From the NCBI GenBank assembly GCA_010909165.1, contig VJWM01000324.1:1-64000 (forward strand): DNA of 64,000 bases, read 5' to 3'. The position numbers were made by a program, and so were the translations under genes. Of the stretch, positions 12,186 to 22,860 are shown piece by piece (positions within the stretch are counted from its first letter, which is position 1; each line of letters begins with the position of its first letter). Source of the DNA: Anthoceros angustus (lineage: Eukaryota > Plantae > Anthocerotophyta). The notes under the pieces are model-generated. The model was not told where the DNA came from. It made no database searches and saw only the letters and a program-made list of their open reading frames with translations.

Positions 12186-13855
12186 AACAGCTTCTGTTTA
12201 GAAAGGGTTTCTCCCGAAACCCCTTTTGCACACGGACGGGCGGACCCCTTTTGCACTTGAAAAATCCGCACTATAATCCTTTTGGTATTTCTCCGCACAT
12301 GTCACCCGCAACCTTTTGAATAATTGTTTTGATACACGTTATTTGAGATTGTAGATTGCAAGTACGTGGCAAAACCTAAAGTCCCATTCTCGCTCGGCTT
12401 TTCTTTCAAATCGACATAACACAAACAAACTTATGCGCGCACTTACATCTAATCAGCTTCCAACATCCGCAATCATTGCCGTGTGTTGGACGATACAAAA
12501 CATTTAGAGTTTTTAGGGCTTGTCAGATTGGCAAACTTGTTTGCGCACCAACCTTTCATTCATACCAAGTCAATCCTAAGACTATACTCGCCCGAGAATT
12601 TTACAGACTTTGTTTCTTAGACATTGGGACAATAATATCTTCTGATGCTGTTCTTGATCCACATGCAGGCGAGAATGAGAGTGGCATGGTCTCGCACTTG
12701 AGTCGGGCCCACGCCAAACGCCTCAAGATTCAAAAGATGCAAAAGGTTCTCACTACTAGTTCAAAGTTTTAACCACTAGAAAAAGATGAGGGTTAAGTAA
12801 AGATAAGAACATATCCACATTAGGGAGGTGCACAAAAAGGTTGAAAACGCCGAAAGGAACCCTTTAAAACAAAAAAATATCAAAAAAATAAAAAATTGTC
12901 AATTTTAGGCAAGGCGCTGACTTGCTCAAAAACTGGACTTTTTGTGATTTTTAGGGTTTTAAGGGTTTTTAGACTTTTGCTCTTTTTTTTGATGAACTGT
13001 CTGAATGCACTAGGAGGCATGAACCATATGGGTTCATGCTCCTAGGCCCTTCTTGACCTTGGGTGCGTGCACTTGTGCGCACACGGGCCTCCTCCCCTGC
13101 GCAGACAAGGCACCGCCTCCTGCCTGCGCTGTGCGCGCACCCTTGCCCTGGCGCGCACAAGGCGCGCACTGCCCTTGCCCCTCGGTGCACGCGCACCGGC
13201 CCCTTGCCTCTGTGCGTGCCAGGCGCGCACGTGCCCCCGGTACATGCACTTGTTCACCCACCGGGCCCCTAGCATGTTTGATGATAACCCGATTAGGTCA
13301 CGAAAGAGACTAAAACATAAAGGATAAAAAGGGATAGGGTGTTCTTCGTTGCATTAGGGCATAGGATAAATATACGAGAGCGGTCTAGGTGAACCTCCGC
13401 CGATGTCTACTACTTGTTATTTTGTTGGGAGTTCCAAGACATCCTCGACCTCCAAAAGGACATGTTTCCCCATTAGAAGATTATTTTTCGCTCTTTTTGC
13501 ATGCGGCACAAGTTTGCATAGCGTTGTTTAGACGCGCACTTATGCGCCTAGGCCCCCGGTATACAAAACATACAAAACCACACAAAATGCGTAAACTACG
13601 ACATGACGAAATTATGGAACAATGAGGTCACTAGTCTTCATCACACCGACTAAATCGCCATGAACCCGAGTACAAGGCGCCAATGCGTGTAAATGACTCG
13701 ACAGAAGTGGTGAGCCGAGAATGCCCAAACCGATGGATGAACACCTACAAAAACCAACAAAAACCAAACCAACTTCAGTTTCCGGCGAAATAGGGTTGGG
13801 ATTTTTTCCAAAACCCCTTTTGACAGGAGAAACCCCTTTCTAAACAGACGCTGTT
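12186..13855. mobile_element. Putative non-autonomous TIR DNA element (~1.67 kb)
   Basis: Left AACAGCTTCTGTTTAGAAAGGGTTTCTCC (12186-12214) is the near-perfect inverse of right GGAGAAACCCCTTTCTAAACAGACGCTGTT (13826-13855). Possible 4-bp TSD AGAA in a GA-rich tract. No transposase ORF. Confidence 0.55.
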
Positions 13856-14075
13856 AGAAGAGAAGAGAAAAGAGAGAGAAGAGAATAGAGAAAAGAGAAG
13901 AGAGAGCGAGAGAGAAAGCGAGAGAGAGCGAGAGAGAGCGAGAGAGAAAGCGAGAGAGAGCGAGAGAGGAGCTAGAGAGGATAGGGAGGAAGAGAGGAGA
14001 AGGAAGTAGCAAGAGAGAAAGGAGAAAAAGACAAAAAGGGAATAGAGGAGGAAGAAAAGCGTGAGAGCAAGCTAG
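13856..14075 (+). repeat. GA-rich low-complexity/microsatellite tract
   Basis: Runs of GAGAGAGC/GAGAA/GAAAA with almost no T. Confidence 0.85.
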
Positions 14076-15105
14076 AGAAGAGAAGGAGGGTGAAATTTCA
14101 AGGGCTGTGACAAGAGCTTGAGGGGGAGGCCCCAAATTTGTCAAGAGAAGGGTCTTCAAAAGTGTAGGATTTGCGCTGGTGGGAGGATTGTCCATTGCGC
14201 GGTGGCCTGGGGGGTCCCCGTGGTTGCCGCTGCAGTTTGGGCGGTGCTTCTCGCGATGTAGGTTCGTGCCGCCAGAGTCATCGCGGCGTAGGTTAGTGTG
14301 ACTTACCTAGTGTGGGTCACCAGGCGGCTAGTAGGCGATTAGTTAGTGGCGCCTTTACGGGAGGTCGAGAGTCGAGAGGTCATGGGGCGCACCGCCATCC
14401 GGTGCGGGAAGGGCTCCCACTCCTTCGTGGAACGAAACCTCTTGCTGACCGTGGGATAAGTGTGGCCTTCTGGGGTTTCGGGGTCCCGGGAACCTCCCAC
14501 CACGAAGAGCGACCGCCAGAGAGTCGGGTGACAAAGCGAGAGCCCAGCGCCAAAACACCCATGAGTCGTCTTCTTCTCTCGGTATGGTCTTGGCGGGCGG
14601 TGTATGTGAGGAAGGTGTCTTTTCATTGCTATGAACTGATCTTGTACCGCAGCTTCATGCCCGCCGCCTTCTTGGCCTATGTCCTCGGGTCATGACTGCC
14701 TATCTATAACGGCTTCTTGCAAGTCTGTGCATGTGGTTCAAGTCTCCTGCATGTTAGACGGCCCCATGCCACCATCCACGTGTCATCCTTCCGTAATTAT
14801 GACCTACGCCGTCGGACTTGCATGTCTTATCTACACAGGACCCCCTCCTCCGGACCTTCTCCGGTCCTCCTTCGAAGCTGCTCCGGACCTCCTCCGGACC
14901 TTGCCTCCCTTGGTACCTGCGGCCGTCCTCCAAAACTCCTCCGGACCTTGCCTACATCGGAGTTGCCACCACGCCTACGTAACTTGGCTGGATAGGCCTT
15001 ATTATCCACGCGTATCCCTTACTTCTCACACAAATCCTCACGAAAAAATGAAAAACCCTTACTAATCGACCAGAAGGGAGTCAGAGCCTCTGTCCCTTGT
15101 CCACA

Positions 15106-16189
15106 TCATCTGTCCAGGATCGCGACTCTGGATAAATGAGTCGAAATTGTACTATAGCTAGATCTGGGTATGCCCAGCGCTCCTCATACACATGTTTCCA
15201 CAAGATTTTTAAAAGTCTCTTTAGAGTTGCGTGATTCGGGGGCCCTCTCCATGCGGTCAGGTACACCCACTTTTGCCACCGTCAATCACAATCACGGATG
15301 TAGATAGAGTCGGACATAATCATTCCTATCACAAGCTCAAACACTCAGAAAACCCACACTCAGAAAACCACACTCCTATTTACACAAGTCACAAAGTGTT
15401 TCAGTCCTCATCGGAGTGGAACATTGCCAGAAAGGCAATTTCCTTTGCCTGAATGTGGCTTTCCCACACATCCATCTCGGCAAGAGACATTGTCAACATG
15501 TGTTCAAGTTCAAGACATAAGTCTGAGTAGGCATCACACCGAGCGCTCGTCCATGGTTCATTTGGGTCTGCCTCCAACCTTCCTCTGAGCCTGTTACGCA
15601 CAATAGGTCATAGAAAAATCAGATATTGGTATTCTTCCGCAAAATCTAGCAGAGCTCGGATTGTGTCATGGGAACGTCTCTGAAAATTGATACAGGATTT
15701 TCTTTTTTAACAACAGTGCAGATGGAGGGTGGTTTCCAATTGCTGGAAGTGGGTGCACGATAACAGTTGAATCTCTTGTCACCCTTTTCTGCAATAGGAA
15801 GCTGCCACGGTCAGCTACAGTAAGAAAGACTGACCATGTCCCATCCTCAACCAGCAAGTTGAAAGGGCTCTGATACCAAACTGAAGCAGGTATCAAAACC
15901 GCTTACCTGTCCTCCCAGGTTCCTCCTATTTATAGGTAAATACATACTTAGTATGGAACACCTAGTGAGCGGATGACTCTGCAGCATATTAGGCGCGCAT
16001 GCCGCTCTACACAATACAACTATCTACAGCTACCCTTTTCCTTGCTATTATTTATCTATAATCTTATCCTTGCTATTTATTAATACCCACTAATTCCATA
16101 AAGACAGCTACCCTTTTCCTTGCTATTATTTATCTATAACCTTATCCTTGCTATTTATTAATACCCATTAATTCCAGAATCTAGTGACA
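15106..16189 (-). mobile_element. 5' end of a minus-strand LTR retrotransposon (LTR 15882-16189, PBS 15866-15878, degenerate gag-like ORF fragments)
   Basis: Minus strand reads TGTCACTAG...TGCTTCA then GTT-TGGTATCAGAGCC. TATAAATAGG on minus ~15929-15938. 78-bp tandem duplication inside the LTR (16026-16098, 16104-16176). Confidence 0.7.
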
Positions 16190-17444
16190 GGTAAACTTAG
16201 TTCTTAGCAAAACTTGGTCTCCTCACACCAAAAAACAGACCCGTCCTAACAGAACAACATATTGTAATATACACCACTAAAATCTCATCATCAACTCTAA
16301 ATTTTATAATATATAATATATTATTTCGTATATGAAGATTGTGATCCATTCAAAAGTTGGATCACTCTTGGGATGGGATGTTATATTTATCCCCCCCTGA
16401 TGTAAAAACGCCCTGAGGGGCCGCCTGTTGTCAAAAATAAAAGAAATGAACAAGAGTGACTTTTCCTCCGACGTTAAAATGAGAACTGCCCATTACACCC
16501 GAAGTACAAGTTCTGATGGAGACTCGGGCTCCCGACGATTGTCTCGGACCCTTACCAATTAGAAAGGGGCAAACTGTACAGAACCTTCGGAATGAGGCCT
16601 CGCCACGTGGACCCTCACTGCAGCGTTACGGAGCCCGCCTAAATGCCAAACTCTTTAAGTCTTCAAGAAGTTATTGTTGGAAGCGAATAAATTGGTCAGC
16701 GTTCCAATTGTAGGTATGCGATAGGAAATAACCTAATAAAATACAGCAGAAATATATGGAGACCATGTCCTTCGCAGCTTTCACAGCTGGGGCTTCTCAT
16801 CTGGTTGCTTCTGTGCGCACTCCGCTTCCGTACAACAGAATAGCCGCCGCAGGATAGGCCAGCACTACCAAGAGTCTCCACCTGCTCAACAATCACAAGC
16901 AGTGCCGGCATCCCTCCGAGGCACATTTCAGCTCTGCAGTAGACTCCAAGCATTGGACTGCCAATCTGAGCAACCCAAAATTAGCCCCACCAACGGCTCT
17001 GGATGGATCATAATGGTTTATCCAGGAAGACTCCCCACTTTCTGCTAAAATAACAAAACCAGAGTTCTACTCCTGTCAAACAACAGCAACGAGACACTAA
17101 CCCAAAAGCTGTAAAGAAGCCCCACTCACCAAGGAAACTACACAAAGGAGGAGATCCTTTTCCTATTTCCACACCCCTCCCTCACCTTCACCCCAATCAC
17201 TCCCTTCGGCCCTATTCCAGCAGTTTCCTCTGCATGCTCTGCCATACAAGCAGCAGAATACGTGGAGTGAAAGTCCACAAACCTCGAGGATCTGGCCCCA
17301 AGCCCAAGGCAAGACTAAGCCATTGCACCTGCTTGCTACGGCACACACCGGTCAGCTGTTAACCATCGACATGGCATTCTAGATGCACCAGTGGTGCGAG
17401 ATCCAAAGAAATATCACCAGGTTCCTGGAGACCATCTCAAAACA

Positions 17445-20424
17445 CTAAGAAGGTTGCAGAGACATGGGATCATGGCCATCATCCGAAAAGGATCCATCGT
17501 CCCAACTGGCGTACATTCCCACAGTGCCCACCGAGGTAGGTACATCATCCAATGGAGCACCAAATGAGGGGTGGACAGAAGCTTGATGTCCTTCTCCCGA
17601 TGCATTGGGGTATACAGGGCTCAGTTGGTCGTCCTTCACCTTCTGTGGTTGAGGCTGTTGAATGCTTCCATGCTGACCAACAGCTCCTTTGTTGCTTGAG
17701 CCCTGTGTCATATCTCCAACTTGCTGGACCTGAATCTGAGGCTGAGATTGAGCTTGAGATTGAGCTTGAGGCTGAGGCTGAGGCTGAGGCTGAGGCTGAG
17801 GCTGAGGCTGAGGCTGAGGCTGAGGCTTAGGCTGAAGCTGAAGCTGAAGCTGAGCCTGAGGCTGAGCCTGAGGCTGAGGCTGAGGCTGAGGCTGAGGCTG
17901 AGCCTGAGCCTGAGCCTGACCCTGAGGCTGAGGCTGAGGCTGAGGCTGAGGCTGAGGAGTACTGCTGTTTACGTGAACAGAGGAGTCCCCAGCAACAGTC
18001 TGATGAGGAGAGGGTTGCTGCCCAGTATATTGATGACCTGAATAGTTCACAGGGCCTCCTTGGGCCACACTCTGCGGCTGCTGTGCAGCATAGTTTTGCA
18101 CCATCTGTTGCTGCGGCTGCTGAGCAGAATACATATGAGGAATCGGCTGTAACGCCTGAGTCTGAGGTTGCGGTGCAGAGAAGTTCTGAATATTCTGCTG
18201 CTGTGGAGCTGGCTGCTGACCTGAATAGCTTTGCATATTTTGCTGTTGAGGAGACTGCTGGGGCCCAGGATAGGCCTGCGTGTTCTGCTGCTGCTGTGGC
18301 TGCTGCTGCTGCTGTGCAGGAGGCGGCTGCATACCAAAGTTCTGGCCCAATTGCTGTGTCGCTGGAGGCTGCTGCTGATGTTGCATACTATAGGCATTCG
18401 TCATCTGCATAGGCTGGGCACTGAAACCCTGAGTCATATTCTGCTGAGGTGGTGGCTGTGACTGAGGGTTGTAACCAGCAGGCTGTGGCTGTGGATAGGT
18501 CTGAACTTGTGACTGTGGGATATAACCCCCATGCTGTGGCTGTTGCTGTGGAGGTGGCTGCTGAGCTTGTGACTGTGGATTGTAGCCCAGCTGCTGCTGC
18601 TGCTGTGGTGGTGGTGGAGGGCCAGGCTGCTGTGGAGGTGTTGCATAAGCCTGGAGCGGCTGCTGGGGTTCTTGATATGGTACAAGCTGCTGCTGCTGGA
18701 AACCTGCACAGCACAACCCAACATGAGCAATCGCCTCACCATGGTGGGAAACTATTATGAAACATGATAGATCACAAGACCTGTGCTTCTGATGTTTCCA
18801 CATTAACACTCTCAAACAACCTTCTGGTTGATAAACTCACCTGGAGTCTGAGAAAATCCCACGGCCTGCTGCTGCAACTGTGGCTGTTGAGAAGGCTGCT
18901 GCAGGGGTGGAGGTGATCCCTGCTGTGAATCATGTGGCTGAACATTGTTGCTAGCGGACTGAGTTGTCCCTTCATCGATCCTGCTCCTCTTAAAAGATGG
19001 CTGACCTGCTGCTGCATTTGCCATGGCTGGATTGGCAAAACCAGTTGAGGCATAATGCGGGAACTGCTGATTCTGCACTTGATTGGGTGATGCACCACCC
19101 ACAGGTTGAGCAATTACGTTGTTCCCAGCCGCAGCATTCCCCACAACGGGAAGGGGTGGTCCAGGAACTCCATTAGCTTGCTGTTCAGGATCAAGGGGGG
19201 GACCTGACAAGACCATGTCAGGGGTCGGTCCACTCGCCTCCAGGGCCAAGGGTCCAGACCCACCTTGCTCCATACCTCCAATAGGACGAGGAAATACTCC
19301 AATTCCAACCCTCTGCTGCTCCTCAATGATCTTCTGCAGATATTTACCCTGAGCTTCAATGCGCAGTTGAAGATGCTTTTGGACCTGCAAGGAACTCAGA
19401 ATAAGCAGAGATCCTTCACTTCGAAGGCCAGGGCACCATTTATATGACGTGACAAGAATGTACAAAAGAGAACAAAATGAAACCAGAGCAAGCAAAATAT
19501 GGCGACCAACGGACCTCAAGCTGTTCATGCAGACGCTTTTGCACTTCCATTTGCATTCGCAAAGCCTCTGTAATCTGAATTCCTCTGAGAAACAACAGCT
19601 ATGTCAAGATCCATCACCAATAAAAATGGACAACAAAACCATGAAAAGGCGGGAAGAGAGCCTTACGAAGTTGCATCCAGATTAGGAAACACATCTCCTG
19701 AACTCTTCCTTTTGTCAGATTTTCCTGTGAGTAGCAAAGGGATGCAAAATGAGAACAGGGAATGGCTCACTGCCAACATGATAAATAAAACCAGCAGAAG
19801 TCAAGAAATACATACCATCACCCATGGATTCAGGAATGTACTTCGCCAGGCGGTATTTCTGCACTCAATCAGGTATTCAGCAACAGACGGCTGGTACAAA
19901 TCCGCCACTTGACAGGTAGGGAGGAGGTCAACTCTAACGCATCTGGCAAGAGAGACGTTTTAAAAGAACTTGCCTGCAGATGACTCTTCACATGATAGAT
20001 GGTAAGACCTTGGACAGCCATGACTTTCAAGACACCTTTTGGTGTAGCCCCTGCATGAAACAGACCAAACAAACAGCCAAAATTCATACAAAAGCCCACA
20101 AAAGCTTGCAGAATTGTGCAAACAAATAAGGGCTCCGTGCAATCACTCACTGTCTGCACCACCAAGCTGGGTGACTGCATCCACAAAACGCTCATGAAGC
20201 TCGGGAGTCCAGCGTAGCCTCTGTTTGGCAGAACCACCGGCATTGCCACCTCCTCCACCCCCATTGCCACCTCCACCACCTGCGGCACCGCCAACCCCAT
20301 TTCCACCCGAATGGACAGGACTCCCACCCGAGTTAGCAGAGGCTCCTGGGACGGGCTGCTGTGACGACTGGCCACGCTGTGGCATAGGCGTCGACGTCGG
20401 AAGGCTCTTCCTCTGCGCGTACAT
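17445..20424 (-). CDS. PHL: MYB-CC (GARP G2-like, PHR1/PHL family) transcription factor, ~774 aa, 7 coding exons
   Basis: Exons 20424-20151, 20050-19974, 19858-19816, 19724-19667, 19584-19515, 19384-18841, 18703-17445 join in frame (2325 nt). MYB domain [57 protein letters not shown]. Coiled coil [44 protein letters not shown]. The specific orthologue is not resolved. Confidence 0.93.
17737..17957 (-). repeat. Coding hexamer repeat (CAGCCT)n encoding a (Gln-Pro)n tract
   Basis: Plus strand (TGAGGC)n with variants; minus-strand translation QPQPQPQ within the last exon of the MYB-CC gene. Confidence 0.95.
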
Positions 20425-22091
20425 TTTCTGCACACGCACGGCTAATTAGAACATTAGCTCGTCCAAAGAACTCGCTTGCCTTACCGTAAGCAGTACTTAG
20501 AGGGCAAACAACAGAACCCTGCACTGGCATCCGACTTATCCAACACCTGTACTCACGGCCCCATGATCTCTCCATAAGCAAGGTACCATACGTACCGTGG
20601 TTGTGGTCTCGAACTTGGCCGGGTCAGTGTCGAGGTAATCAGTCCAGCACGTCGCTATGCCTCCTACTTCAGGATCATACTCATCCCATGTAGGCCATGG
20701 CAGATCGGGGGCGTCTATCCCCAGGTCATCACAACCCTCCGGTAAAGGAATCACCTTCAGCTCCGAACTCTCACTGCCCACTCCATTGTGAGGCTGAGGC
20801 GGGCCCAAGAGCGCAGCCTTGGCTTCGGGCGGGATGGCTTGTAGCGGCAGCGGGCTGGACAAACCAGCAGCGGTATTCCCCTTGGGCGGCGTGAGGGTGG
20901 GGGTCCAGCTCCTTGTTTTCTGCCCGCTCATTACCTCTTACGGGCAGCACCACGGGTACCCTGCACAATTGCGTTCAACAAATACCCGTCGCCTCCTCAG
21001 CATGCAGCCAACCACGGATCCCGCAACCCACAAAATCCGCCCAATGCCTCCCCACAAGAAAAAAAAGCCCAATCCCCAACCAGCCCGCCGCTCAAGCAAG
21101 CGCCGGCAACTCCGCAACCAAAGCACATCCACCAGCATCCCCCGTAAGCACCGCAGCTGACCATCTCCACCTCAGAAAAACATGCACGTTCGACCACCAC
21201 CAACACCAACTCGAGAAAGAGCTTACCGTGATCAAAAGCTGCGTCCGTGCCAGAATGCTACTCCCCAACACCGCAACCGCGTCTCAGGCAGCCTCGTCTT
21301 CACCAAGCTCGCACCTTGCAGCCTCCCCGCACAGCCCAGCAGCAGGAGAGCTCCCCACCTTCCCGGAAGCCACCGAGCCGCCAATTACCGCACCGGAAGC
21401 GCCACCATATCCCGCCCACCAAGGAGAAGGAGCTCCAGCTACAAGCCAACTCCCATGCTCTCCTCGCTCCTGCCCGGGAATCCCTGCTCGCAAATCTAGG
21501 CCGCCCACAACGCAGCTGCCCGGCCGGAGCTCCGCTGCAGCTTCCGCTGGGCCTTCCGCTCCAGCTCCGGCAGCAGCTGCAGCTGGAGGGCGTCAATCGG
21601 GCCAGCCGCCACCCCGACTGGCGCTGCACAGGCGAGAGGGCGGGGAGAATCGGGCAGGCGCCGGGGCCGCCAGTGGGCGAGGCGGAGAGGCTGGGGAATG
21701 CGACAAGGGCGTCCCGACGGCGGGAGCTCAAGCACGAGCTGCTGCAAGTGCAGACGCCTGGAGCGGCCGGTGTAGGGCAGTGCACAGCACGCAGGCACCC
21801 AGAAGCCCGAACGCGAGGGAAGGCCGCGACGGGAAGAGAGGGGAAGGAAGCAGATTGCTGCTCGCACACAAGAGATGAGACGTCTGGAAAGCCGCCCAGG
21901 GACGAAACCAAAGAGAGAGGGGAGACGGGGCCCGGGGCTGGGCAGGGCAGAGCAGGGAGGGCATCTCTCACCCCCCAGCCCGGTCACCTCCCGGTTTCCC
22001 GCCGCCTCTCTCCCTAATCCTTCACTTATTCACTTCCCCCTCCCCCCCTCGCTCCCTATAAATTTGTGTGCGTAAATTAGGCAGCATGACC

Positions 22092-22128
22092 GAATATTCC
22101 CTCCCCTCTTAAGCTCCTCGGAATATTC
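22092..22128. promoter_or_regulatory. Two palindromic P1BS (GNATATNC) motifs upstream of the MYB-CC gene
   Basis: GAATATTC at 22092-22099 and 22121-22128 (29-bp period), just upstream of a pyrimidine-rich minus-strand leader at ~21820-21960. Function is inferred. Confidence 0.5.
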
Positions 22129-22380
22129 CGCTCCTCGGTTGCTGTGCGCAGCTTATCATGTTCTACAATGTTTTTGCTAAATCTTCCACTAAACAGTCAT
22201 TATCTTCAACATAAAAATCTTTGGAAGAATGTGCTCCTGTGAGTTAATAAGCTCTTATTAAAAAAGTTATTAGTGATAGACTTAAACACTGAAAGAAACC
22301 TTTCTGATATTTTGCAAGTACATATGTACAAGACGAGAAAATTTTACGGGCATGAACACTTGGTACACATATGCATTAGT

Positions 22381-22860
22381 TGTGGAAAGTCTTAGGTAAT
22401 GGCGACAAATATGGATGGACATGTCTCAAGGGTTGTACAAGGAGGATGAAGACCAACCCAACTCGTGTGCAGTAGTGAGAATAATCCAGTTGTGTGTGTA
22501 CGCCACGTAGGTAGCAATAACGCTGCTGAATACATGCAGCAATGACGTCATTTAGTCGGTTGTACAAGGAGGATCAAGACCAACCCTCAGGTAGGAATAG
22601 TGTCAGAACAGTGAACATGGTCGTGTACTGCCCTCAATCAGGGAAATGTGTACTGCAACATAAAAGGAGAAAGAAAACCAACATGCTCGGAAGATCTGGA
22701 AGACAGCGAAGAACAAGGAGCACAATAAGTTAGCTCAAGGAGAAGGGGATACATACGGCGAGAGATAAGGTAGACAGAGGGGAATGAGGGAGGACAATAA
22801 GTTAGCTCGAGGAGCTACAGACCCATATGGTGAGCAACCGGTTGTGCTAGAAAACTGACA
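22381..22860. repeat. Possible solo LTR
   Basis: TG...CA bounded ~480 bp segment with internal direct repeats (GGTTGTACAAGGAGGAT..AAGACCAACCC x2; ACAATAAGTTAGCTC x2); no TSD match. Confidence 0.3.

Larger units (their letters stand above)
11023..15105 (+). repeat. Putative long 3' LTR of the gypsy element (interrupted by a TIR element)
   Basis: Starts TGTCATGCCG right after the PPT. AT-rich U3-like part with TATATATAG ~11376. Ends GTCCACA at 15105. Segment 11455-12170 is homologous to 56905-57560. The terminal part (CTCCGGA repeats, ...AAGGGAG...CCACA) resembles the reverse complement of 47600-48300 and 54888-55500. Confidence 0.55.

Noticed and set aside
12945-12972. Interstitial telomere array
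   Set aside because: Only two or three degenerate TTAGGG-like units inside the TIR element.
13854-14195. Hydrophobic Leu/Ser/Phe-rich ORF resembling a membrane protein
   Set aside because: Antisense translation of the GA microsatellite.
17552-18041. Plus-strand ORFs with (LR)n and (AE)n repeats
   Set aside because: Antisense readings of the coding (QP)n hexamer repeat of the MYB-CC gene.
20913-22017. Long ORFs of 321, 256 and 223 aa
   Set aside because: GC-rich leader/promoter of the MYB-CC gene; low-complexity translations open in several frames, no motifs.
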